Below the pieces are notes generated by a model. It saw nothing but the letters and a program-made list of their open reading frames with translations. It was not told the origin of the DNA and searched no databases. 64,000 nucleotides of DNA. Origin: a virus. Each line of letters opens with the position of its first letter. Within the stretch, counting starts at the first letter, position 1. This document shows, piece by piece, positions 30,024-40,425 of this stretch. The position numbers and the translations under genes were made by a program. The DNA is taken from IMG/VR virus record IMGVR_UViG_3300037245_001837, positions 10,396 to 74,395 of that record; one strand, given 5' to 3'.

Positions 30024-33000
30024 ATGGGAAAGCAACAAAAAAGACCACCGTTAAAATTAGTTGGAGAAGAAAGACCTCCACTTAATTTGATAGGCGTAAA
30101 AAAAAAAGTTGGATTAGAACAGGAAGATACCACATTACCTTTGGAAGTATCTCAATCGGATACATCAATACCTCAATTGGTTGGGTCTTTGGAATCTCAA
30201 ACATCGACTCCAGAAATACCTATTAAAGAACCTGAACCTGAATCTAAAGAAGATGGATTTGGTTCTGAATTATTTAGAAGCCTACAAAAAGGGTCAGCTA
30301 GATTAGGAAGAGATATTGCATCAATTCCAGAACTAGTATTTGATGTATTCGCTGCCCCACAAAATTTCATAGCTGAACAATTTGGAATAGAAAATTTAGC
30401 TACTAATTCCGAAAGACTAAAAACTGATTTAAATATAAAAAACTCCATAAAAGATTATTACGCAGGTGATATAGAAAGATTAAACAAATTATCTGAAGAA
30501 CTTGACAGAAAATATATTGGTGGTATTACTGATAACTTTAAAGCAGGTAATATTGGTGATGGATTTAGAATACTTGGTAATAGTTTAGCTGAATCATTAC
30601 CTTCTACATTATCAATCGCATTTGGAGGTGCAGCTACAAAAGCACCTCAATTATTAGGAGCTGTTACAGCTACATTTGCAGCAGGTAAAAACGCAGAATT
30701 AAAATCAAATCCAGATATAACAAATAATATAAGAGTTTTAAACGCACTTGGAACTGGATTAGCAGAAGGTGTTTTCTCAACAATTGGAACAGGTAGAATT
30801 GGTGTTGCTGCAAAAGAATTAATAGCGAAAGAAGGAGTTGAACAAGGTGCTAAGATTTTAAAGAAAAACTTAATTGATATTTATACAGAACTACTTAAAA
30901 AGTATCCTATACCAACAGCAATGCTTGGTGAAGGTCTGGAAGAATCTACAACTCAAATTACTCAAAATGCCATTGATAAATATACAGGCGTAAGTCCTGA
31001 TATTAATTTAATGCAGGGTGTATCAGATGCTTTTATTTTAGGTGTTGGTTCTGGTGGAGCATTTGGTACTGCATTAGAAGGAATAAAAAAAATATCAAAA
31101 GAAAAAACAACAAAAGAAGATGTTGAAGTTGTTGAAAGTTCAATTGAAAAAAGAAATGTTTTAGAAGAGGAACTTAATCAGCAAATTAAAGAAGGTGAAA
31201 TACCAAATCAATTAGCTTCTGAAACAATTGCTAATTTTGATGAGATCAGAAAGCAATTACAAGCAATTCCAAAAGATTATACTTCTGATGAAAAGGCAAT
31301 TGCCATTGATTTATTAAAAGAGAGAGCAATTATTGAAAGTGAAATGGAAGGACTTGACGAGAGCCTTTTAGGTATTAGAATATCGCAAATTGCAGAAATA
31401 AATGAAGAACTTAGAAATATTAAAAAACCACAAGTAGAATCTACTGTATTGGAACAAACAACTGAATTTGCAAATGAATTAGGTACTCCTGAAGATATTT
31501 CAGATACAGTTGCAGGAGCTACTAGCGTAAAAGTTGGTGATACAGAGATAATACTAAAGTCAGAAGGTGATAATATTGTTTTAGAGAGTATTCGTACCGA
31601 TGAAGATAAAAAAGGTCAAGGAAGCGCTAGAAATGCCTTAGATAAAATAACAGAAGTTGCAGATGCCCAAGTTAAAACTATCGAATTAAAAGTTGTTCCA
31701 GAAACAGATTCCACAACGGAAGAAGGATTAATAAGTCTTTATGAGAGTGTTGGATTTGTAAAAGACGGAAATAAAATGGTTCGTGAACCAAAAACAGAAG
31801 ATACATTTTCTAATATTGATAAAGTTATAGATGAAACAACTACTGAAACTACCCAAGAAACAGAAGTCGATGAAGTTCTTTCTGAACAAAATAAAAAAGC
31901 TCAAGAGCAAAAAGAAACAACCGAAGTAACAAAAGTTGCTAAAGATGTTAGATCATTATACAATATACACAGAGATTTATTCGAGTTAGACAGAGTTAAA
32001 TCTTTCGCAAGTGCAACAGTAACCGATAGGATTATTACCACTATGGCAAAAAGGCAAGGTATTAGTAAAGCAGAAATGTATGCTAAAATTGATTTTAAAA
32101 AAGGAGATTCCAATACAATTGACAAACTAAATAAAAAAGGAAAAGCTTTATTCCAAATAGTAGGTGAAAATGCTTTATTAAAGGAGCAGTATAAAAATAA
32201 CCTGCAATTAGCGAAAGAACTAGATGGAGAAGGAAAAACATCTGAAGAAATTTGGTTCAGTACAGGTTGGGAAAAAGGTACTGATGGTAAATGGAAAACT
32301 GAAATTGATGATTCTAAAATGGAATTAGATGGTGATCTTATAAATTTACGACAATATAACCTTAGTGAAGCTATAAAATATGATGCTTTATTTGAAGCAT
32401 ATCCTGAATTAAAAGATATTAAAATTTCTTTTTCGCACAGATTAGGGAATCTGTTAGGTGTTTATATGCATGACAGAAATCGAATTGTTATTAACAGTGA
32501 ATTAAGCGTGAAAGAAACACGATCTACATTACTGCATGAAATACAACATGCCGTACAGAAGAAAGAGGGTTTCGCTGCGGGTGGATCAGCCGTTATAGCA
32601 TCTAACTACTTAAATCAAAAAATACGTGCTATATCACTATCTAAAAATTTACCAACAGGACTTATTAGAGTAGCTAAGAAACTAAATAAAAAAATGTTTG
32701 AAGGTGTTGATATAAACGCTACAAAACAAGAATTTACAAAAGAAGTAGAAAAAGCGAAAGGTCAATTAAGTAAAGAAGAATTTGAACTATATAGTAGTAT
32801 CGCAGGTGAAGTAGAGGCAACAAACGTAGAGACACGTATGGATTTGACAGCCGAACAAAGAAGGACAACACCACTATCTCAAACAGAAGATATAGCAAGA
32901 GAAGAGCAGATAGTGTTATTCCAAAAATCACAAGGAGCGATGTTAGTAGAGGACGGTAAATTTATTATTTACGCACTAACAAATCCAAATGTATCTACAC

Positions 33001-36000
33001 CTCTTCACGAGATGGCACATGTTTATGAACATTTTTTAACTAGTCAGGAACGTAGTGATATTTTAAAATTTACAGGCAAAAAACAATGGAACAGAGAAAC
33101 TAGTGAAGAATTTTCAAAAGGTTTTGAGAAATATTTAGCAGATGGGAAAGCACCTACAAAATCACTACAAAAAATATTCGATAAGTTTAAAGAATGGCTT
33201 ATTGAAATATATAATGGAGTAACAGATAGTGATATTGATGTTAAATTATCACCTAAAATGCAGAATATTTATACTGAAATGTTAAATGTAGAGACTAAAA
33301 CACAAGATAAAAGAAAGACTACTACTGATGAAACAACATTAAAGCCAAATGTTTTTGAAACTGATAAAAATAATTATACAGTTACGGTTAAGGATGGTAA
33401 ATTAGATATTGTACCTGAATTTGGAAAGGCAAAACCTAGTAAATCTGAAATTAAAAAGGTTACAGAACAGTATTTAGATAAAAATGATTTCACTATTGGT
33501 AAAACTGCCAACGTAGAGGATAAACCAAATATATCTCCAGAACAACTTAGAGAACTTGTAGCTGCGGAAAGTGAGAATGCACAAGAAATAGCAATAGAAG
33601 TTCTAAATTCAAAAGGTAGCGACAGTCAAATTAATATAAACGAAACAAAAGAAGGTTCTATTGCAGAAGCTTTAAAAGGAGTTCAGGTTAACAAAGAAAG
33701 TTTTGCTAATACTGATGATGTAAATAATATTTCTAGTGTAAACCAATATTATTTTAATTCAAGGAATAAATCTTTAAAAGGTAATGATGGTAATATTGAT
33801 CGTATTCGTGAAAGAGCGCAGCAAAATACGTCAGAAGAAGTTACATTAAAAGATGTTACTGATTTCATTAAAGAGAATTCAAGTCCTACACAATTCTTAA
33901 AGCAAAAAGTTTCAGCTCCTACAACAGATTTAGAAATAAGATTTGAAGAAGTTACAGGATTAAAACCTACTCCAGAGAATGTTAGTAAAGTTTCAGGAAT
34001 TCAAGTTACAGGAACAGAAATAACAGAAGAAGGAGATGTTCCATTCCAAGTTGAAAGTACACAGGTAAAAATTAAAGGAACTGCACTAACTAATTTAGTT
34101 GACAGGCTTAAAAAAACAGGTCTTAGCAGCGATGTTATTATTTTATCAGACAATCAGTTTAAAAATAAATTAGAAAGTCTTGGAAGAGATGTAATTGAAA
34201 CACCTCTTGGATTTATTAGCGATAATACAGTTTATTTAAATAGAGATACCGTAAAAAAAGATACTCCTATTCACGAATTTGGGCATTTATGGAATAATTA
34301 CGCCAAAGAAAACTTCAATGATGTTTTCAATAAAGGTATTGATTTAATAAAAGATAGTGAATACTTTGAAAATATTTCAGATAATCCTAACTATGAGAAT
34401 CTTACTGAAAATGAAAAACTAGAAGAAGCATTATCACAAGCTATTGGCGAGAAAGGTGTTAAAATATTAAATGAAAGTGCCAGAGCAAAATTTAATGCAT
34501 GGTTTAAAAATCTATTTACAAGAATTGCTAAAGGTCTTGGAATAACAACACTCAAAGGGAAACAACTTTCAGATATTACATTAGATAAGTTCACAGATTT
34601 AGTTAGTGCTGAATTATTAAGTGGAAAAAAAATAACTACTGAGGTAAAACAAAAATCAGAGCCTAAAACCAGAGTTAAAGAGGCTGATGTAACAAATATT
34701 GATTTAGTTGTAAAAGAACAGGAAGCCATTAAAAAAACAAAGGATACATTAACTCAAAAATTTAACGACAAAAAAGCAGAAGTTAAAGATATAAAGAAAT
34801 CGTTAGTAAAATATATCAATTCAAATATCGATTCTAAAAGATTTAATGAGCAGAGAAAAGGAGAGTTAGGAAAATTATTGACACTCGTTAAAAATACTGA
34901 ATCTAAAAAAGCATTGCAAAAAGCATTTAATAATGTAAATAAAATTGTTCAGGATATTGACAATAGAATTATCAAAAAAAGAATTGATAAAATCCTAGAC
35001 AGTAAACTTTCAAAAAAACAAAGTGGTAGAGTAAAAGCAAATATCACTACGGAACAGGCTGAAATCATATTGAAATCTGTAAAAGAAAATGTTGTTCTTC
35101 CAAAAACAAATGACCAAAAACCTGCTCAAAGAGTAGAAGAAAAACTTTTTGAGTTATATGATAAAAGAGATGCTTTACATGCCAAAGAAGAACTTACTGA
35201 AGAAGATTTTAAAGAGCTAGAAATATTAGATATTTCAATAAATTATTTAAATGGAGTTAATTCAGATGATGCAAATAACCGAAATATATTTTTAGGTAAT
35301 GCTTTACAGCAAATTGAGTCAATTTTTGAAGATGGAAGAAGTGATCTAAAGGAACAGATACAAGCTAGAAACGAAAAAGATCAGGCATTTACGGATGCTT
35401 GGATTGAGGATATCGACCCAGAAGGTACAGAATCAAGATTATCTGTAAAAGAGTTAGAAAATAAAGAAAAAATAGTTGGTAATTTAGCTACACGAATATT
35501 AAATAAAGGGTACTTCTTATTTTTTCAAGGACAGGCAACAGGTAGTTTTGGAAGTTTAACTTCATTAATTTCTAATAAAGGTGGTGAAACAAGAGAATCC
35601 AGTTTTGGAGTTCAAATTGACAGCAATCTAAAAAAAGATGAAACTGCTAAGAAAACCAGAATTAAAAAGTTCACTAAATTATTTGATGATACGGTTAAAG
35701 ATGTTTTTGAAGATAGTTCTAAAGCAAACAGAATAATGAATAAAAGGGTCGATGTAGAACTTTTAAGAAATTATGAAAATGATGATCCAAATACACCTAA
35801 ATACCCTGTTAAAGTTCCATTCACTTATTCTGAATTACTAAATGTATTGCAGATAGCTAAAAACGAATCTCAACTTGGAGGTTTAGAAGCTAATGGATTT
35901 ACAAAAGAAGTAATCGATAAAATTGAAAAACAACTCCCATCTAAATTAAAAGAATTTGGAGATAAATTGTTCGATTTATATAATGAAGCGTACATTGATG

Positions 36001-37739
36001 CTAATAAAGTGTATGAAAATATGTATTTCCATTCTTTAGGTAAACCTGATTTTTACGCAGGTAAAGTTTATCGAGAAGGTGTAGATACAAAAGTAGAGGA
36101 TCAATTATTTAAAGAAGGTGTTACCAAAAATACAGGATACGGAAGCCAGAAGGAAAGAGTAAACAATAATAAAAAAATTGTTCCAAAAGATGTAAGATTT
36201 TTATATCAAAGACATATTTCAGAGAGTTCCCATTTTGTTGCATTCGCAGAATCTCATAGACAGTTAAATAAATCTTTAAAAAGTGATGATTTATTAAAAT
36301 CTATTTTAGTTACAAATCCAAAAAACGGTACTAGAATTATAAATGAACTTGATTATTATAAGGTTAGAGATTTAGAAAAAGCTGATTTTGCAAATTATTG
36401 GCTACTTGACTTTTTTACCAGAAATATAGCAAAAGCAACATTATCTTTAAAAGGTAAGATTGGTTTAACTCAAACGATTTCTATTGTAAACGGTTCTTTA
36501 GATATGCCAACAAACATAAAATTTAAAGATTTTATAGCGTATTACGAACCTGCAAGAGTAATTAAAACAATGATTAAATTACTTAAAGAATCTGATTACC
36601 TAAAAAACAGGTATGATGTTGGAGGTATTGAAAGTGCAATGTTTGCATTATCAAATGAGGCAGATCAAAATTCATTAGAGTTTTCAAATGAAAGTCTTGA
36701 AAGTAAAAGAAAAAAAGTAGCTAGAATCTATAAAAAAGTAACTGATCTCGCTATGATTAATGTTAAAATTGGTGATGCTATTGGTGTTATGGGTTCAATT
36801 CCTATGTATAATGCTTGGATAGATACATTTATCAAACGTGGAGATTCAAGACCTGTTGCAGAAAAAAAGGCATTAGATTTATTTGAGTCATCAGTTGACC
36901 GATCACAACAAACAATAAGTACATTTGGTAAAAGTAGATGGCAAAAAGACCCAATAATTAGGTATTTCATGATGTTTACCTCTTCTCCTGTTCAGGCACA
37001 ACAAAATGCAAATTATTACAGGAGACAATTATATAAAGATGTTTTCACTCAAAAAGCGTTTAGAGGTTCAAGAGGAAGAAATATTCTAGGTTTCTTAAAC
37101 TATCAGTTCGCACAACCATACTTGTATTACTATATTTCTGCTTTAATGGCAGGTAGTGTATTGCCAGTTTTAGGGATTGGAGATGAAGAGCCAGATGATA
37201 CAGATAAAGACCTTACAAGAGCTTTAATTTTAGGAAATGCACAATCAATACCAATTCTAGGAAATGCAATGACTTATGGTGTGGATATGCTATTACTGGA
37301 CAAAGATCATTCTTATGGAGGATTAATGTCAAGTCCTATTCTGGAAAAAATAATGAATATTGAAACATTTATAGACCGTTCTGTAAAAGCAAAATCAGAA
37401 GCAACAAGAACCAAAAACTTAAATAAAGCTCTAAAAGAATTTAGCAATGTACTTGTGGCAATGCCTAATTTTGCAATTGATTTTTATAATGATTTTAATG
37501 ACGTATATTGGAACAGTGAAATAGATGCAGATATTAAAATACCAAAAGCTTTAGGTTATTCTGATTTTGTAATTAAAAAAGCAAGAACAAAAAGAATGTC
37601 AAGAAAAGAAGTTGAGGCTAGAATTAAAAAAGCCAAAAAGAAATATGATGATTCTGTTGATAAATTAAACAAAACTGAAACTGAAAGACAAAGACAAAAA
37701 AGAATAAATAAAATATTTGGAGAAGAAGATAATCGTTAA
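30024..37739 (+). CDS. Giant polyvalent ejection protein (GNAT, LPD23-like, three HExxH metallopeptidase-like domains)
   Basis: GEGLEE motif; KKGQGSA...LYESVGF GNAT; TGWEKGTDGKWKTEIDD; HEIQH (32535), HEMAH (33006), HEFGH (34272). Confidence 0.8.
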   Translation: MGKQQKRPPLKLVGEERPPLNLIGVKKKVGLEQEDTTLPLEVSQSDTSIPQLVGSLESQTSTPEIPIKEPEPESKEDGFGSELFRSLQKGSARLGRDIASIPELVFDVFAAPQNFIAEQFGIENLATNSERLKTDLNIKNSIKDYYAGDIERLNKLSEELDRKYIGGITDNFKAGNIGDGFRILGNSLAESLPSTLSIAFGGAATKAPQLLGAVTATFAAGKNAELKSNPDITNNIRVLNALGTGLAEGVFSTIGTGRIGVAAKELIAKEGVEQGAKILKKNLIDIYTELLKKYPIPTAMLGEGLEESTTQITQNAIDKYTGVSPDINLMQGVSDAFILGVGSGGAFGTALEGIKKISKEKTTKEDVEVVESSIEKRNVLEEELNQQIKEGEIPNQLASETIANFDEIRKQLQAIPKDYTSDEKAIAIDLLKERAIIESEMEGLDESLLGIRISQIAEINEELRNIKKPQVESTVLEQTTEFANELGTPEDISDTVAGATSVKVGDTEIILKSEGDNIVLESIRTDEDKKGQGSARNALDKITEVADAQVKTIELKVVPETDSTTEEGLISLYESVGFVKDGNKMVREPKTEDTFSNIDKVIDETTTETTQETEVDEVLSEQNKKAQEQKETTEVTKVAKDVRSLYNIHRDLFELDRVKSFASATVTDRIITTMAKRQGISKAEMYAKIDFKKGDSNTIDKLNKKGKALFQIVGENALLKEQYKNNLQLAKELDGEGKTSEEIWFSTGWEKGTDGKWKTEIDDSKMELDGDLINLRQYNLSEAIKYDALFEAYPELKDIKISFSHRLGNLLGVYMHDRNRIVINSELSVKETRSTLLHEIQHAVQKKEGFAAGGSAVIASNYLNQKIRAISLSKNLPTGLIRVAKKLNKKMFEGVDINATKQEFTKEVEKAKGQLSKEEFELYSSIAGEVEATNVETRMDLTAEQRRTTPLSQTEDIAREEQIVLFQKSQGAMLVEDGKFIIYALTNPNVSTPLHEMAHVYEHFLTSQERSDILKFTGKKQWNRETSEEFSKGFEKYLADGKAPTKSLQKIFDKFKEWLIEIYNGVTDSDIDVKLSPKMQNIYTEMLNVETKTQDKRKTTTDETTLKPNVFETDKNNYTVTVKDGKLDIVPEFGKAKPSKSEIKKVTEQYLDKNDFTIGKTANVEDKPNISPEQLRELVAAESENAQEIAIEVLNSKGSDSQININETKEGSIAEALKGVQVNKESFANTDDVNNISSVNQYYFNSRNKSLKGNDGNIDRIRERAQQNTSEEVTLKDVTDFIKENSSPTQFLKQKVSAPTTDLEIRFEEVTGLKPTPENVSKVSGIQVTGTEITEEGDVPFQVESTQVKIKGTALTNLVDRLKKTGLSSDVIILSDNQFKNKLESLGRDVIETPLGFISDNTVYLNRDTVKKDTPIHEFGHLWNNYAKENFNDVFNKGIDLIKDSEYFENISDNPNYENLTENEKLEEALSQAIGEKGVKILNESARAKFNAWFKNLFTRIAKGLGITTLKGKQLSDITLDKFTDLVSAELLSGKKITTEVKQKSEPKTRVKEADVTNIDLVVKEQEAIKKTKDTLTQKFNDKKAEVKDIKKSLVKYINSNIDSKRFNEQRKGELGKLLTLVKNTESKKALQKAFNNVNKIVQDIDNRIIKKRIDKILDSKLSKKQSGRVKANITTEQAEIILKSVKENVVLPKTNDQKPAQRVEEKLFELYDKRDALHAKEELTEEDFKELEILDISINYLNGVNSDDANNRNIFLGNALQQIESIFEDGRSDLKEQIQARNEKDQAFTDAWIEDIDPEGTESRLSVKELENKEKIVGNLATRILNKGYFLFFQGQATGSFGSLTSLISNKGGETRESSFGVQIDSNLKKDETAKKTRIKKFTKLFDDTVKDVFEDSSKANRIMNKRVDVELLRNYENDDPNTPKYPVKVPFTYSELLNVLQIAKNESQLGGLEANGFTKEVIDKIEKQLPSKLKEFGDKLFDLYNEAYIDANKVYENMYFHSLGKPDFYAGKVYREGVDTKVEDQLFKEGVTKNTGYGSQKERVNNNKKIVPKDVRFLYQRHISESSHFVAFAESHRQLNKSLKSDDLLKSILVTNPKNGTRIINELDYYKVRDLEKADFANYWLLDFFTRNIAKATLSLKGKIGLTQTISIVNGSLDMPTNIKFKDFIAYYEPARVIKTMIKLLKESDYLKNRYDVGGIESAMFALSNEADQNSLEFSNESLESKRKKVARIYKKVTDLAMINVKIGDAIGVMGSIPMYNAWIDTFIKRGDSRPVAEKKALDLFESSVDRSQQTISTFGKSRWQKDPIIRYFMMFTSSPVQAQQNANYYRRQLYKDVFTQKAFRGSRGRNILGFLNYQFAQPYLYYYISALMAGSVLPVLGIGDEEPDDTDKDLTRALILGNAQSIPILGNAMTYGVDMLLLDKDHSYGGLMSSPILEKIMNIETFIDRSVKAKSEATRTKNLNKALKEFSNVLVAMPNFAIDFYNDFNDVYWNSEIDADIKIPKALGYSDFVIKKARTKRMSRKEVEARIKKAKKKYDDSVDKLNKTETERQRQKRINKIFGEEDNR

Positions 37740-37751
37740 AAAATAGAAATA

Positions 37752-38087
37752 ATGGATACGGATTACAAAAAAAGATTAAAACGACACATCAAAGCGTTGG
37801 ATACCGCTTATGAAAATATAATAACAATTTTAGAAGAGGATGTTAAAAAGGAGTCTAAAAAAGAGGGGGAAGATGAAAAAATAGCTCTAAAAGATGATAA
37901 AATTAAGACCTATGCAGATGGGTTGGAGAAGGCTGCTAAAACAGCAAATTACCTTTTAACTGAAATTAAAACTAAACAAGAAGAGCTAGATTTATTGAAT
38001 AAACCTAAAAAAAATTCTAAACAAGTAGAAGATGAAGAAGTTATCGAAACTACTCAAGATCATCAATTAGAAAAACACTTAGAATAA
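37752..38087 (+). CDS. Putative terminase small subunit
   Basis: 111-aa helical protein translationally coupled to large terminase. Confidence 0.55.
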   Translation: MDTDYKKRLKRHIKALDTAYENIITILEEDVKKESKKEGEDEKIALKDDKIKTYADGLEKAAKTANYLLTEIKTKQEELDLLNKPKKNSKQVEDEEVIETTQDHQLEKHLE

Positions 38088-40363
38088 TGGAAAATAGAGA
38101 TCGTAGCTACAGGGGAGATATTGCCGAAAAACTAAATATTTTTGATCTAGTTCCAAAAGTTATTTACAACAAAAGAAACGCTGATAAAAGTTGGAAGTAT
38201 AAAAAATATCCAGATATTGACCCTAATTTTATTTGCGTATCAAAAGACGGTACAATTGGAAATATTTATAAAGTTGGAGAGCTTATTATAGCAGTTCCAT
38301 CTCAAGAAGGAAAAGAAATTTTAAATATAGATACTCCTTCAAATGAAGCTAAATGGAAAAGAACACCAATACCAGAAGGTTTTCTAAAACTTGAAGAAAA
38401 TTACAGAAAAGACATTGGAGAATCTGCAAACCATAAAAAAAGAGATGTACGACAAAAATACAAAACAGACCGTAAAAATCTTATTTCAAAACATATCAAA
38501 TTTATAGATAATGAATTCGATAAAAGAAAACACGGTTTATTTATAAAAATTGATGAAGAAATTCTATACTTAACTGGAAGTGCGTATATGTTTTTAAACT
38601 ACTACTATCTTACCGATAGTGATATGTATCCATTATTCAGAACAACATCATTATACACTTGGCTACATTGGGAGGCAGTAAAAGCCGATAAAGATGTTTT
38701 TGGTGAGCTAAGATTTAAAAGTAGGCGTGTTGCTTGGACTTCTGAAGCTGCTAGTGAAGCTCTAAACACAGTAACTATTTTAAAATACGCTAATATTCCA
38801 GTAGTTTCAGAACGTAAAGAATTAGCCGAAGAATTATTCCAATCAAAAATAATTGACTCTTTTAAATATTACCCTACTTATTTCAAACCAATAATAAGTG
38901 ACCCTAATACTTTAGAAAAAAAGAAGCTTGAATTAACGCATAATACGGCTCAAAAAGAAACTGCAAGGATAAAACTATACCCAACAAAAGTAACAGCCTA
39001 TGATAGTACTAGGGTTAAGTCATTCGCTATTAACGATGAGGTTTTTAAACTTGAAGATGTAGATTTCACAGCATTTAGATCAAGGCATAAAAGATGTTAT
39101 AATAAAAGTAAAAATTTACACCCTAAAGGAAAGTTTGGTTCAACTGTTGGAGATAAAAATATAAACACAGAAACAGCAAGATACGAATGGGAAAATGCAA
39201 ATCCTTTAAAAAGAGATTTAACAGGAAATACAAATACAGGTCTAATCGCATTATTTGTAGATAATTGCTATACTGATGCTGAAAATGGGATGTTTGACGG
39301 ATGGGGTTATCCAATTATTAACAACCCACAAAAACCAATTCTAAATGAAATTGGAGATATTGTTGAATTTGGTTCTATTACATTATGGAAAATGGAAGAG
39401 GATAAAATGAAAAAAATGAAAAAAAGCGATTTAAATTCATTTTATAGAAACAGTCCAAGATTAATTGAACACGCTCTAAGAAATGAAGGAGGGATAAATA
39501 ATGATTTCGATGCAGATAATTTAAATAATCACGTTGACCATTTAAATTCAATTCACGAATTAGATTGGACTGATATAATTTATAGAGGTAATTTAGCTTG
39601 GACAGGTGAGCCTTATAAATCTGATGTGGAGTGGAAGCCAAACACTAAAGGTAAAATATTCACAACTTGGCTACCACCTAAAGAACTCCAAAATAAATCA
39701 TCAATTAGAGAGTTTCATGGTAAACAATTAAAAATGCCTGATAATAATCATATAGCCTGTTTAGGAGTAGATAGTTATGATTTAGTTGGTAAAGCTGCTA
39801 GTGGAAAGGGTTCTGACGGTGCTTTTACAGGATACTCTAAAATGAGTATGACAGGATGCCCTAGTCACTCATTCTTTTTAAAATATAAAGATCGCCCAGA
39901 CAAAAGAGATGATTTTTATGATGATGTCATAATGACTTGTCAATACTTTGGTATTTTCGCCTTAATTGAAAGTAACAAAGGTCGTATTTTAGAGTATATG
40001 TACGATAAAGGATTTACAGGATATGCTATGAGAAGGCAAGATAAAAAATGGAGAGATTTATCAGATGCAGAAAGATTATATGGTGGAATGCCAACATCAA
40101 AAGAGGTTATTGCTGACCAAGCTAGTTTATTGAAGGATTACATCATGGATAATGTTGGTCAAAATTTAGATAATGAATGTAAAGTATATTTCAAAGACTT
40201 AATTACAGAGTGGATTGCATTTAAAGTTGATAAAAGAACTGAATTTGATTTAGCTGTTGCTAGTGGATTTGCTATTATGGGAAGTCAGTACAAAGTTAAG
40301 ATGAGAAAAGTTCCACCCATAAACCCAGAAGGTGGATTAACGTTATCTTCATTCGGAGCTTAA
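38087..40363 (+). CDS. terL: Terminase large subunit
   Basis: YLTGSAYMFL, KSRR, INDE, FGST, GVDSYD, IESNK, FDLAVASG (crAss-like terminase motifs). Confidence 0.88.
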   Translation: MENRDRSYRGDIAEKLNIFDLVPKVIYNKRNADKSWKYKKYPDIDPNFICVSKDGTIGNIYKVGELIIAVPSQEGKEILNIDTPSNEAKWKRTPIPEGFLKLEENYRKDIGESANHKKRDVRQKYKTDRKNLISKHIKFIDNEFDKRKHGLFIKIDEEILYLTGSAYMFLNYYYLTDSDMYPLFRTTSLYTWLHWEAVKADKDVFGELRFKSRRVAWTSEAASEALNTVTILKYANIPVVSERKELAEELFQSKIIDSFKYYPTYFKPIISDPNTLEKKKLELTHNTAQKETARIKLYPTKVTAYDSTRVKSFAINDEVFKLEDVDFTAFRSRHKRCYNKSKNLHPKGKFGSTVGDKNINTETARYEWENANPLKRDLTGNTNTGLIALFVDNCYTDAENGMFDGWGYPIINNPQKPILNEIGDIVEFGSITLWKMEEDKMKKMKKSDLNSFYRNSPRLIEHALRNEGGINNDFDADNLNNHVDHLNSIHELDWTDIIYRGNLAWTGEPYKSDVEWKPNTKGKIFTTWLPPKELQNKSSIREFHGKQLKMPDNNHIACLGVDSYDLVGKAASGKGSDGAFTGYSKMSMTGCPSHSFFLKYKDRPDKRDDFYDDVIMTCQYFGIFALIESNKGRILEYMYDKGFTGYAMRRQDKKWRDLSDAERLYGGMPTSKEVIADQASLLKDYIMDNVGQNLDNECKVYFKDLITEWIAFKVDKRTEFDLAVASGFAIMGSQYKVKMRKVPPINPEGGLTLSSFGA

Positions 40364-40400
40364 CATTACTTTTAACCAATAAAAAATATATATTAAAAAC

Positions 40401-40408
40401 TATATTTG
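40401..40408 (+). promoter_or_regulatory. -7 promoter element upstream of portal
   Basis: TATATTTG. Confidence 0.65.
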
Positions 40409-40425
40409 TAAATATAACAACAATT

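Noticed and set aside
30024-37739. crAss-type virion RNA polymerase
   Set aside because: No DFDID/DxDGD catalytic motif in a plausible context; domains are GNAT and peptidase-like
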